Positions 45,522 to 57,823 of a stretch of DNA of 64,000 nucleotides are shown piece after piece. The DNA comes from the human T2T-CHM13v2.0 reference genome, Homo sapiens: NCBI RefSeq assembly GCF_009914755.1, contig NC_060947.1; one strand, written 5' to 3'. The position numbers and the translations under genes are program-made. Position 1 is the stretch's first letter. The number at the start of each line of letters is the position of its first letter. The notes under the pieces were generated by a model, which saw only the letters and a program-made list of their open reading frames with translations, was not told the DNA's origin and did no database searches.

Positions 45522-46215
45522 ACAATATACACTTTTTAAGTCACTTAAAATATATCTCACTGGTCTTTCCATGTCAGTACATTGAACACTTCCTTGTTAT
45601 TTTTTGTAGCTTCATTGTATGGTTGTACCATAATTTATTTAATGTGTTGCTCTGATGATAGACATTAAGGTTTTGCTCTTACAAACAATGCTTCAGTAAA
45701 CAACCTGGCACATATTTTTTTAAAATATATACAAATACCGGCATGTCTGTGGGATAAATTTCCAGAGGTTAATTTGTTTTGTTAGAGCCTTATGCATTCA
45801 TAAGTTGATAGACGCCCTAAATTGCCTTCAACATGTGTGCCAAATTATACTGTCACCAACAATGTGTCAAAATTTCCCATAGCCTTGCTAACAGTATTTT
45901 ATCAATTTTTTGGGTGAATTTTTTTGTAATTACAATTGGTGAAAAAATAGTCACATATCTTTGATTTTTAGTAATGGGTTTCCAGCTTAAAATGGTCTTT
46001 AATAAGCAGTACTTGATGTTGCCTTTCTTGGCTTCTGACTAATATACAAAAGAAGATCCAGAAGAGGAGGAAAGCTTGCAGTAACTCTGAAAAGTAAGAC
46101 TGAGAATGAACCCATTGCCAGAATATATGAAACATTCCCATAAATTCTAAATTGAGTGATGTAGTACCCAATTATTGAATACTCACTATATGTGGAGGAA
46201 CGTATATCTGTCTGT

Positions 46216-46217
<2 letters not shown>

Positions 46218-46256
<39 letters not shown>
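46218..46256. repeat. (CA)n microsatellite, about 19 units
   Basis: Read directly from the sequence. Confidence 0.95.
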
Positions 46257-46257
<1 letters not shown>

Positions 46258-46264
46258 CATCATT

Positions 46265-46430
46265 TCTCCCTTGGAACTCTTCATAATGATCCTGTGAGGA
46301 TGTGAAATTATGAGCCATATTTGACAAGTGAAGAAACTTTGTCTTGGAAAACTGAAGTGACTGACTTGCCTAAGGCCATGTAATAAGAGGCACATCTGAG
46401 GTTCAAACACAGGCATGCCAGACTCCAAAC
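46265..46430 (-). mobile_element. MIR fragment
   Basis: ctcttcataatgatcctgtgagg...aagtgactgacttgcctaaggcc...ggttcaaacacaggcatgccagactccaaa. Confidence 0.7.
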
Positions 46431-46754
46431 TATAATAGAACTCTTTTCAGTATTTCACATGCTTTATCCCTCTCACACTTTGATTCCTGGCTCAGCAACA
46501 GAAAAGTTATACCAGTCAGAAAATTTGCCATCTCCCTCAAAACTTTATTAGCACTGATATCTGAGGTAGTTCAAAACACCTTTCCTTTTTCTATTCCTTC
46601 CCACAGATAGTATCTTCCTTTCTATGTCAATAAAGAAACTAGAACTTGGAAACTCAAAGTGTATGTGCAAGATAGGAGGCTAGATGTAGAAGTGACAATA
46701 GGGTTGCAGCTGGCAGCCCATTGCATTCTGGCAAGTGGAGAAGATAACCCAATA

Positions 46755-46920
46755 TAATAATAATGGTTAATATAGATTGAGCTTTTACAGTGGTCAGGGA
46801 CTTCGCTAAGTGTTTTCCAGGCATTAGTTTATTACAGCAGATTCTTGGGGTAGGTAATATTATTATTCCCTCATTCTAGATGAGGAAATGGAAGCTTGAA
46901 TAAGTGAAATTACTTGCTGG
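46755..46920 (-). mobile_element. MIR fragment
   Basis: ggtaggtaatattattattccctcattctagatgaggaaatggaagct. Confidence 0.6.
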
Positions 46921-48434
46921 GATGTTTGTAAAAAGATCTTTGCTCTGGAAGTCAGGAGGCTTCTGTGATACTGCTGCTAGTTTACTTTATAATTTTGTAT
47001 AAGTGGCTGTCCCTTTCCTTGCTTCAGTGTCTGAACCTGGAATTTTTTATGCGGTTTTTGAGACTCTAAGTTCATTGGGGTGGAATTTGGAAGGGTGGTC
47101 AAGCATGAATAGGACTAGAAGGGAACACAAATATTTTTTGCTCAAGACATTAGTCTCAGCTGTACCTCCATATGTCTTTTCCCTGCTTTACCCCTTCCTA
47201 CTTGTTCTCTTGCTCATGGCACTCATTCTCTTCCCTAGTTGTAGATTTAAGTTAAGTCCAGTAGGAACTTGACACACTCAGAAAATGGATGAAAACCCAA
47301 GGGGATGCTACTTTTGGGACCATTGTCTGAGCTTTTTTGGGTTACTGCCACCTGTCACAGTTTAAGAGATGTGGAGAGCCACTCATGGCTGTCAGAGGCT
47401 GTGTCAAGGAAACAATATTCTGGTAATGATTTTTATTTACCATGAGGGTTTGGTTTCCTCTTCTGGTGTCTACTTGGACTTCCCTAAGAATTAGTTACCT
47501 TGGTTCTTGGGCTTGGCATCAGCCCACAGAGCATGGAGCCAATCAAGTACCATAAGTCCTGCAGAGATTTAAATTTCCTGGTGGCAGCATTTCTGGCACA
47601 GGCTTATGTTTTCCTATGGTTACTTAAGCCCTTTATTAATGCACTCTGAGTTTCTCTCATGGTTTGGCTCCTCAAGAAGTCAGGCAGTAGCGTTCAAGGT
47701 ACGGGGAAGGTATCAGGTCAAGACAGAAATATTTGGCAGCTTTAGGGATTTTCTGTTTCCACTCTTAAGGTGTGCCCTGAATAAGAGCTGTAGAAGAGTC
47801 ATCTGGGGCTGACTTCTTTGAGGCCCCAAAGAGTCTGGCCTGGGCTTCAAGGAATCTGAGTCCTAGGGTATGCTCAGCCACGAACTCCCTGGGTGACCTT
47901 AGGCAGACAAATTCATTTCCCTGAATCTCTGTTTCCTCAAACATCTTCCATCTCAAACATTCTATAATTCATGAAAGCTGAATAGTACTGGAAATTCTTC
48001 TGCTCAGTATGATAATGATTTGAGCAGAGAAATGAACAGGCTGGGTAAAGTGTGACCTTCCCAGGGTACATAAAATGTTTTTCCAATTAAATGAACATTT
48101 CCTAAATCAGTTCCCAATTAGTGGAGCCAGTGTGTGTTAGCCTTGTGATGGGGCTGCATAAATAGCAATTCAGAATCCAGGAAGAAAGTGGCCAATAGGC
48201 CCACTCTGCTTCTTACCTGTCATAGCAAAAAAGGAGTATGGTGCTCAGAGCCGATCATCACATTTTAGAGAGGACACCATGAGGCTGGAGCTATTTCAGG
48301 GCCGTAGCTAAGGTGATGAGGGAACTCTGAACTGTGTCATATGAGGAAGAGCAGAATGGCCTGGGGATAAGTAACCAAGAGAAGACCTCCAGCAACATCT
48401 TGGCCCCTGGTTTTGGCTCCTATGGGGAAGAGGG

Positions 48435-48877
48435 TGTATTAGTTTGTTTTCTGTTGCCTATCAAAGAATGCCTGAAACTGGATAATTTATAAAGAGAAGG
48501 AATTTATCTCCTACAATTATAGAGGCTGAGAAGTCCAAGTTTGGGGGCTGTATCTGGTGAGGGCCTTCTTGCTGGTGGGGACTCTCTGCAGAGTCCTGAG
48601 GTAGCATTAATAAAGGGCATAAGGAACTCCAGAAAAACATCACATGGTGAGAGGGCTGAGTGTGCTTGCTCAGGTCTCTCATCCTCTTCTTATAAAGCTA
48701 CCAGGTCCACTGCCATGACGATCCATTAATCCATTAATCCATGAATGGATTGATCCATACATAAGGGCAAAGCCCTCATAACCCAAACACTTCTTAAAGG
48801 CCCTATCTTTCCATACTGCCACATTGAAGATTAAGGTATAACACATACAATTTTGGGGACACATTCAAACCATAACA
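48435..48877 (-). mobile_element. MST (MSTC/D-like MaLR) solo LTR
   Basis: tgtattagtttgttttctgttgcc...ttttggggacacattcaaaccataaca. Confidence 0.85.
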
Positions 48878-50097
48878 GAGGTGTGTTGTGGGGAAAATGG
48901 AGTGACTTCAAACCTGACCCAATAGCTATACTGCAGGTTCAGTAAATAGATGCTACCAAGGGACAGATTTCACACCAAAGTTCAGGAAAAATTTCAGAGT
49001 AAAATCAGTTTTATGTGGAATTAGATGGTTATAGATCTATAAACCAGAAGAAGATAATCTGAATTTCAGCTGGAGGAAATTTTGGACAAAAGCCTGGATC
49101 TGTTTAAGGGCACGGTCCTTGCACTGTTTGACCTCTAGGGAGAAATACAACTGAATTTGTACAAATGATGGGTGCACCAGGTAGCAGATGAGAGTGTTTT
49201 GACAAAGTGAGCTACTTAACCATGTATGGGAGTGCTAATGCATCTCTCTCTTAAGTATGTGTGAAAGCCCTAATGAAACTTCAATAAATACTCCTGAGAC
49301 TTCATTGGGAGAATAGAGATGGAGGTCTTGAAATATTGCATGGGAGTGAAATAAGAGAGATATTACATTTTCAGGGACCTCTCCAAAATTCCAATAATAT
49401 AAACTTTTATGTTTAACTTATGGGTTTAATTAATCTCCACATCTCAAATATCATTAATTCTGGAATAGAGCAAGGCATGTCACTTTACAGTTAATACAAA
49501 AGTGCCTGTCAAATCACATCAAATAGAAAATCCCAAATTATTGTGTCTCAGTGATATTCAGCATTGTTATGACATACAATAATCCCTCAGGCTACTTAGG
49601 TAGTCCTTTCACCAGAAATACATATCACAAGCATGTCCTTGTGGATCTTATTTAGTGTGGCTGCCATTAGTTTTGTGTCCAACACATAAAACCTATGTGT
49701 GACCTTTCCAGCCTAGATGAATAGAACACTTACTGACATATTGCTGATCTGCTTGACTTCTATGAAAGGCCTTCTTGGGAGACTCTGGAGTTTTTAGTTG
49801 AGCTGTTCTACACATGGGCCTGGGTTTTGCCCATGTTCACCTCAGCTTTCCTCTAAGCAGAACATAATGATCACAGTTTCCACATAGGGAATACCCTGGG
49901 GAAGGAACACATCTTCTAGGACCTGGGACTCAGGATACTGAGACAGACTCTTCACTCAGATGCCTAGAACATAGGAGATGGCAAACTTAACAGGCTGAAA
50001 TAAGGCAGCCTACATTTTTTGGTATAACCTCGTTCTTCATCTGTTAAAACTTCTTTAGGCTGCAGTGACCAAATGTATGGTCATTGACCTGCAGGCC

Positions 50098-50397
50098 TGT
50101 ATTAGACAGTTCAGGCTGCTATAACAAAGCAAAGTGGGTGGTTTATAAGAAACAGACATTTATTTCTCACAGTTCTGGAGGCTAGAAGTCCAAGACCAGT
50201 GTTTTGATGAAGATCCTCTTTCAGGTTGCAGAGTGCTGATTTCTCATTGTATACTCACATGGTTGAAAGAGAGAGAGCATGCCACCCTCATGACCTAAAT
50301 TTACCTCCCAAAGACTCCACCTACAAATGCCGTTAGACTGAGAATTAGATTTTAGCATATAAATGTTGATGGAATATAAAAATTCAGTCCAAAACAA
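50098..50397 (-). mobile_element. MLT1-type MaLR LTR, internally deleted
   Basis: tgtattag...atttatttctcacagttctggaggctagaagtccaagacc...aaaattcagtcc. Confidence 0.75.
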
Positions 50398-51589
50398 AAC
50401 CTCCCCAAAGTATTGCTGCTGAGTCACTTAGAAAACCTTTGTCTGAGTTCACCTTTTTTATTCTTTTTGCAAACTGGGTAGTAATTTGGAATGTTGTAGA
50501 GAGATGCATATTAGTTCTTGCCCAGAGCTAAGGTGTGAGATGGATCGCCCAAACTAAAAGAAGAATTTAGAATAAAAGCAAGATGCTCAAGTACTTCAAG
50601 TTCATGAGCCACATATTTCAGAAGAAAAATTGCAAGGTAATTCCAATACAAAGTGAAATCTACACCACATGTGAATCAGGAGACATGCAGCTAAATTCCA
50701 GAACGAGTTTAATGATGATGGAGGGCAAGGCAAAGATAAGCTGTACCTTGACTGATTAGGCTGATAAATCAGGCTTGTCTTGAATAACAAAGCTAAAGGA
50801 CAGAAAATGAGAAAGAAACATACCTGAAGTGATTTAAAGCCAGGATGTGATATAAAACTATTTACATACACGTATTGCTAAACTGAATAGGAGACACTTC
50901 CCAGGTAGTAAAAGGGTGGAGAAGAAAGTATTTATAAGTCAAATGACCTCTTTGTTTTTGATACAGTAGTTGGTGCCTACTAGGACTTGCTCTGGATATA
51001 AATAAATAAGAAGGCAAAAATTGAGAGGGTTGAGTCAAGCTGATCAGGCTAGAGAAAGATGCAAGAAAAGTTTCACAGATTCTCATTAATACAAGACATG
51101 TAAGATGAAAATAAACAAAGATAATCATTTTTGTGAAAAGACTCAGTAGATAACCTCACAGCTTCTTTTTCCGGCAGAGAATATGGATGTGCTAGGATTG
51201 AAGGCACTTGTCATCACCAATCTAATGGGCTCAACTGGGACAAGTGATTGCATTTTTCTTCTCAAATGGTGGGCTACATAACAAGAATTTAGCATTAGAC
51301 AGGTATGCCAGTGTTGCTGCTAGTGGAAAGTGCACCAATATACATGCTACTCCAGGATAAGGTTGGCAGATATGCTTTGGTCAAACACTGGCATGCACAA
51401 GGGACGAACAAACAAACGTAGACAGCCGTCATATCTTGCCATCAAGAACAAGATTTAAGAAAAGACCTGTGGCCGTGGTCATGTATGATGTAGCTCAATC
51501 ACCCCAGAAACAGAAGATGTTATTAAAAGTATAAGCTGATTCCAGTTTGGCTCTGGCAGAGTGAGGGCAGAAGAGAGGACAACATGTTG

Positions 51590-52270
51590 GAGGGGAAGCC
51601 AGAGAGTTAACCAGAGATTAAATCCTGTTGGCTCTTACCGGACAAGGACTGGGCTTTTACTCTGAGTGAGATCAGAAGCCATTGCTGGGCTGGGACCGGA
51701 GGAGATACACAGCTCACAAAACACATCAATACAGAGAATTCAAACTTCTGAAAAACATATTGGATGAAGAAATGAAGTCCAAATTAAAATGAGGAAGTCC
51801 AGTCAGATGACGAACTTGAACACAAAGAGCAAGCCATTGAGCACTAGTTGGCCACAGATGTGGATTTAAGTTTTCTAGCTGCCAAAATGTAAAGAGGGAA
51901 ACACGATCCTCTGCAGGACTCAACAGTATCCCTGAGATCGAATCTGACAAACTGCTCAGAAGGGGCACCTATGCTTTTCCCTGAGATGAATGTCTCCCAT
52001 CGTCAGATGTCAGATTCTGGATCTATTTTGACAAGAGAGCTCAAAGGATTTCTTCACAGATGGAAATGAGGGGTGAGTAAAACAGTGGCGTGAAGGATCA
52101 CCCTCAAGTCTATAGCATGAACAATTGGAAGGATAAGAGTGGCCTTAACTGTGAGGGGTGGGGCGAGGGGGGACGCTGCAGTGGGAGGAGGTTTCTAGGG
52201 GAAGATGGGAGAGTTCCATTTTTGACTTGTTAATTTGGGTTGACTCTCAGGCAATTTTCTCAGCGAATTA
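51590..52270 (-). mobile_element. L2 fragments (mirrored at about 61500-62180)
   Basis: gggcttttactctgagtgagatcagaagccattg; ggatctattttga...gagttccatttttgacttgttaatttg. Confidence 0.6.
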
Positions 52271-53557
52271 GAAAGGAAGGTCAGAGGCTGAATGTGAGGA
52301 GTCGGGAGGCAGTGTTGGAGGCTTGCAGAGAGAAAATAAGTTGTGAAATAGAAGGGTGAACGGAGACGAAGGCTTGAGAGAAATGAGTAGTTGGAAGATT
52401 TGGACTACAAACCTGGCAGAAAGATGTTTTGGTTTAAATGGATAGGGACCCTGGGTGTTTCCAGATCAGACAATGTTCATTCTTTATGATCCAGCCAGAA
52501 AACTGTGGCTTTTGCTAGCCTTTCCCACCTCTGAACACAGGTTTCCCCTTGCTGGTGAGGGTGGCGTGGAGAGATCCGAGTGAGGAAATAAGTTGTCAGT
52601 GTTTACGCTTATTTCTTCAGTCATGCTGAAGAGGCGGATAGGCCTAATACATAATAGGATAGAACACAATCCACCCGGACTTCCGCCTTATGCACAACTG
52701 CACTTTCAGTTTTGCTCAGAGAGATAGAGCTCACACAATTAGGTAATTGGGCCCAAATCTGAAAGTGAGAAACAGGCCAGAAAGGACACTCAGAGGATGA
52801 AAAGGGAAACCAGTAAGCCCCACTGTTTTATACACCGTTGTCATCATGGTTTTAACTTCATGCTGAGACATAGAATTCCTTAAACTATCACAGCCCTGGT
52901 CACTTGTGCCAATTCTACAAGGCCTCCAAAACCGCATAGGAGATACTGCACCGTGGGCCCATTCCAAACACTTATTCAGAATTAAAATTCCACTGGCTTT
53001 CCATTGATAGCACTAGAGGTCTGTCTGTGACACGCTGCTCCATTACAGCAAAGCAAAGCCCCATAATGACCTAATCCAGAAGGATAAGATCCCAGGACCC
53101 ATAGAACAAGGAGGCCAGAGGGAAGGCAGGCCACAAAGAAGAAGGAAACCAGACTTCCCCATCCCTCTGGGCTCCTGGGGGGGTCAGTGGAAAAAGGCCT
53201 TTAACCTAAGTGCTCAAGGCCCTAACCTAACAGCTTTTGTTTTTCACGCTGGAGCGCTGGCACTTCCTGACCCCGCTTAGTCCTTCTATTAGAATTTTGT
53301 ACTCTGATGCTAGTTTTCAGAGTATAGGAGCAACTGCAGGGAATGAAGCAGCAGACCTATCAATATTTTGTGGTGATCTAAGTCTCTGTTAATAAGCCTG
53401 AGACAAGGCAAAACCAGGAAGAAGCCTTGACCCTTATCAAGGTCATCAAAGCCATACAGGACCCTTCCTAATGTCTTCAACTGTCATTTTTGAAAGAAGC
53501 CGAGTCTGACCACCAAGTATAAATGGGTATAACATCCACCGCATTTCTTTGTCATAT

Positions 53558-54076
53558 TGTTACAGGAAAGGGGTCTTGATCCAGACCCCAAGAGAGGGTT
53601 CTTGGATCTCGCGCAAGAAATAATTCAGGGCGAGTTCACAGTGCAAAGCAAAAGCAAGTTTATTGAGAAAGCACAGTGGTGAAAGGGCAGCTACTCCATA
53701 GACAGAGTAGGACGTTCCCAAAAGTAAGAGGAGGAATGCGTCCACCCTAGGTACAATGCTTGTTATATGAGGAGATGTGCTCTGCTACAAGGGTTTGTGA
53801 TAGAGGATTAATTTTCTTAATTACTATGTTTTGCAAGAATCAGTGTTGTTATCTTTAAGGCAAAATTAGGAATGCCTTTCTTCTCCAGATATCGGAATAT
53901 CTGGACACTCCCAAGTCTGGGTCTGTTTAGTAAACGTTATTAATTTGTTCCCTTAACCGTAAACATCTAGAGGCTGGGAATACCTAACTTTCTGGGAATG
54001 CAGCCCAGCAAGCCTCAGCTTCATTTTCCTAGCCCTCACTCGGAATGGAGTCGCTCTGGTTCAAACGCCTCTGACA
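53558..54076 (-). mobile_element. MER41-family (ERV1) solo LTR, left-arm copy
   Basis: Reverse complement of 59698-60216; TSD ATAT. Confidence 0.85.
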
Positions 54077-54084
54077 ATATCACC

Positions 54085-54235
54085 CCGTTTTATTTTCTAT
54101 CACTTACCACTATCTGAAATTAAGTAGATAATTTGTTTACTCTCTGTCCCCACCCACTAGAATGAGAACGCGGCCCTTGCATCCTTACGTGTGTCTGGCA
54201 TATAAGGGGTGCTCAATGATTATTTGTTTCATGGA
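54085..54235 (+). mobile_element. L2 3' end (mirrored at about 59540-59690)
   Basis: cacttaccactatctgaaat...cactagaatg...gtctggcatataaggggtgctcaatgattatttgtt. Confidence 0.6.
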
Positions 54236-54339
54236 GGAACAGATTTATGGATGGCTGGGTGGATGACGATCTTAGAAGGGGTTCCAGGGCTAGCTGGCTT
54301 TCTGTTTCTCCCACTCAAGCACCCAAGCCCTGACCCACA

Positions 54340-55100
54340 AAGTAAAGGAACAGGCGAAACTTCTCGCCAAATAGCTTCAAGGCAGAAACTACGCAGCTGG
54401 CTTGGGAATTCCGTACAACGCGAACGCGCATGCACAGGCAGGACTGAGCGTGTCCATCTTCGCATTACTCCCGGAGATGACTCTCGGAAACGGTCCGAGG
54501 ACTAACGTCTTTCTCTTCCTCGCCCTCATTCCTCCCAGTAACGTCCGCTACAAAAGAAACCGTGCACAAAATAAACTCGGGCGGCGGGTAGAAAGGAGAC
54601 AGCCGAATTCCCTACACCCATGATCAACACGCCCACACCTCCCATCAGGCACGGCGCTCCCGCCTCCCCGAAGAGGCGGTGGAAAGTGGTGGTGGGGGGG
54701 GTGCTGGGGGAGGGCTGGCGGGGGGAGGGCCGGGGGAAGGAGCGGGGCGGGAACGTCCTTTTGCTACTGCTATGGCTTCCGGGGCAGCACTTCGGCAGAC
54801 CGCCCGCCTCCCAGTTGCAAATCGACTTCCGGGGCACCCCCACCGGCTGCCCGGTGGGTTCTCTGCTCGAACTTCTGGCGCTTTTCCCTTCCCGTTTATC
54901 TTGTTCAGGTCCCTCAGTGGACTGCTCCAGATCTAAAGAGCAGAAATTGGGCCGCAAAGAGAACGTCCTCCCAGACTTTCTCCGTCGCGGTGAAATTATG
55001 CCCGTTTGGTGGCAGTATGTATTCACAGATGCGTGCAGCTCTGCTCTTACCCCGCCCTTCGCGTTTAGAAAAAAAGCGCCGTTCCTCAGAGTCAAAACAA
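54340..55100. promoter_or_regulatory. CpG island / promoter-like element, left-arm copy
   Basis: GC- and CpG-rich against an AT-rich background. Contains ACTTCCGG (ETS), CGCGCATGCACA (NRF1-like), TCTCGCCAAA (E2F-like), GC boxes and G-runs. Confidence 0.8.
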
Positions 55101-55295
55101 AGTTTCTTTCCGCTGTAGAGGCACAGCTTTTAGGGTGGCCTACTAACTCCCGCTTTTTCTTTTCTGAAATCTCTGTGCCAATCTGATGGACAGAAGAGCG
55201 ACAAAAAATATTTTTAACGTGAGATTCTTTGTTGACTAGCCTGCTTGTAAACTTTCTGACATATGCCTTTTTTTTTTTTTTTTTTTCCATAGGGC

Positions 55296-55495
55296 TGTGA
55301 ACCCCTGATATCTGAGAGGTGTCTCAGTCAATTTAGAAAGTTTATTTTGCCAACGTTAAGGACCCGCCCATGACAGCCTCAGGAGGTCCTGACGACATGT
55401 GCCCAAGGTGGTCAGGGCACAGCCTGCTTCCATACATTTTAGTGAGACATGAAACATCAATCATTTTATGTAAGATGTAAAGTGGTTCGGTCGGG
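55296..55495 (-). mobile_element. MER4-type LTR 3' portion, left-arm copy
   Basis: tgtgaacccctgatatctgagaggtgtctcagtcaatttagaaagtttattttgcc...cacagcctg. Confidence 0.8.
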
Positions 55496-56493
55496 GAAGG
55501 ATCTTGTGCTGTGAGAGGATTTGACCTTGGCGTGTGTAATGGTAGATGAGAGCTACAAAATTACAAGTGGCTGAAGACAGTTTACAGGAAATGGTCATAG
55601 CTGCCCCCCTCTTTTTTCCCCTCTTAGGAAGTTATTGTTTAGGATCCGAATTCTAATTTGGAGATGCATTCTACAGTGTCTTCTCCATTGCTTTTCCTCC
55701 CCAAATTAATCTTGTTGTTTTGTGTGTGCATCTGCGTGAAGAGCTGTACTGTTGTTTTCATAGATACATGAGAGACTGTTTCCTGACCTCCAAAGGGAAA
55801 GGGCATTTTGCTCTTCCCAGCAGAAAGGCACCCCTGGGTGACTTGGAGCCCAGTGGGAGTGTCTGGGGGTGTTGACCCCCGTGACAACCAGCAGCCCTAC
55901 AGGGAACCTACAACAAAATAGTTTTAAAAAGCTCATCCAGGAAATGCCTATTAGAGCTGATCACTTTGCTTTGACCCTCCCATAGGTGCTAGACCTCCAG
56001 AGAGAGAAAATGAGACACATAAGGTGGAAATTACTCTGTGGTGACACACTGTGGAGTCCTGCCCACAACCCGGATACTTGGACCCACTCCACTGAAACCT
56101 TAGGCCACAGCTAAGTTCCTTCCTTCAAAAAATAAATCTAAGAAAGAGGAAAAACAGGAATGACCTCCTTTCAGGCACTCTGTTGGTTTTATGGCGCCTC
56201 TTCTTGCGAATGTTTGTGTAAAATTGACATACTGTGGTCCTTTTCTGCACAATTACGGCAAGGAAAATTCAGATCGCAAAGGTCCACCTGTGAGTATAAA
56301 GTTCCTAAGTTCTCTGTGTATGGCTCTGCTTTCTTTTTTGCCTGCATTAAGTCTGCTGTTACATTTCTACTGAGATAAAATCCACCATTTGCATCCATCC
56401 ATTTCATTTTGTTATTGTTTTTGTAAACCAATGAGTTTGTATTAATATCTCATGACTAGAGTTCTGAAGTAAAAGCTATAGGATTTTTGGTTG

Positions 56494-57184
56494 TGTGGCA
56501 GGGCAGGTCTCACAGCTGAACAGGGAGGCCTCCTTAACAACTGTTTCAGCACTGACTGGTTAAATATTAAAAGCTGAAAGAGCCAGTGCCCTTATACAAA
56601 GGCTGGGATTTAACAAAAGCCCACCAAGAGTTTTGCCTATGTCCTCCTGGGCCTTGAAGCATGACAAGATAAAGGAATTCTTAACAGGACCCCTTTGGGA
56701 TTAAACAAGTTTTTATTGGAGGTCTGAAGAAACTCCCCAGACCTCCACAAACAAGTTTTACTGGTGGTCTAAAGGAACTTCTAAAACCTCTATGGATTTA
56801 CAGCAGACAAGATAAGGGTAATCACCCCAAGCACCTGGACCCATCTAGATTAAGTAAATTTACTGAGGCTCCAGAGGAAGGTCTTCAAAACTGAGAACTT
56901 AGTTGTAGATTAAAAGAAGTTAATAACTTATGTCTTTAGATGAATGCAAAGTTATATGTAAACATATAGCTTAAAAGGTATATAAGCTTTGGAAAACTTT
57001 GTAATTTTGAGTTGGTCTGACGACAGTCTCTCCACAGGGAGAAGGCCTCGAAAATATTGGCAGACCAAGTAAAAATTACAAAGTTTTCTGAGCTTATATA
57101 AACTCTCTTCTTTCCCAGTTCATCTGCATCTCATTACCGGGTAGCAGGAATAAGTAGGCTGACCCTCAGTTTGGACCGGGAACA
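56494..57184 (+). mobile_element. MER39-like solo LTR
   Basis: tgtggcagggcaggtctcac...gagccagtgcccttatacaaaggctggg...ccctcagtttggaccgggaaca; imperfect TSD GTTG/GCTG. Confidence 0.8.
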
Positions 57185-57436
57185 GCTGTGTAAGTGTGTA
57201 TGTGTGTGTTTATATGTATGTACACGTATTTTGTTGTGTTTTGGGCCACAAGGTACCACACTGGCTTAACAAGTACTCATAAATTAATTAGCCCAAATGC
57301 TTTTCATCTTTATATGACTTAAGTAAAATCTGTCATATGCTTGCTTAAAAATTATTGGTAAACTAATAACAGAAATTTCTTAAAAATTGCCAGCATACAT
57401 TTTTGCATTTATTAATCAAGCAATTTCATACTTATC

Positions 57437-57823
57437 AAAATGTGGCACATATACACCATGGAATACCATGCAACCATAAAAAATGATGAGTTCATGTCCT
57501 TTGTAGGGACATGGATGAAATTGGAAATCATCATTCTCAGTAAACTATCGCAAGGACAAAAAACCAAACACCGCATGTTCTCACTCATAGATGGGAATTG
57601 AACAATGAGAACACATGGACACAGGAAGGGGAACATCACACTCTGGGGACTGTTGTGGGGTGGGGGAAGGGGGGAGGGGGGAGGGACAGCATTAGGAGAT
57701 ATACCTAATGCTAAATGACGAGTTAATGGGTGCAGCACACCAGCATGGCACATGTATACACATATGTAACTAACCTGCACATTGTGCACATGTACCCTGA
57801 ACCTTTAATAATTAAAAAAAAAA
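57437..57823 (+). mobile_element. 5'-truncated L1PA2/3 3' end
   Basis: aaaatgtggcacatatacaccatggaata...ctaatgctaaatgacgagttaatgggtgcagcacacc followed by an A tail. Confidence 0.92.

Larger units (their letters stand above)
51201..55461 (+). repeat. Inverted repeat (palindrome), left arm, about 4.26 kb
   Basis: Reverse complement of 58314-62573. Mirrored ORF pairs such as 54620-55186(+) / 58588-59154(-) and 51726-51968(-) / 61806-62048(+) give identical peptides, with coordinates summing to 113774. Confidence 0.98.

Noticed and set aside
54209-55186. Mirrored 98, 73, 85 and 188-aa ORFs as duplicated protein-coding genes
   Set aside because: No recognisable domain, mutually overlapping frames, and a length expected in GC-rich DNA. 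Their identity only reflects the palindrome, so they are not called as CDS.
56700-56790. Direct repeat aaacaagtttt...ggtct...aactc/aactt
   Set aside because: Appears to be an intrinsic part of the MER39-type LTR.
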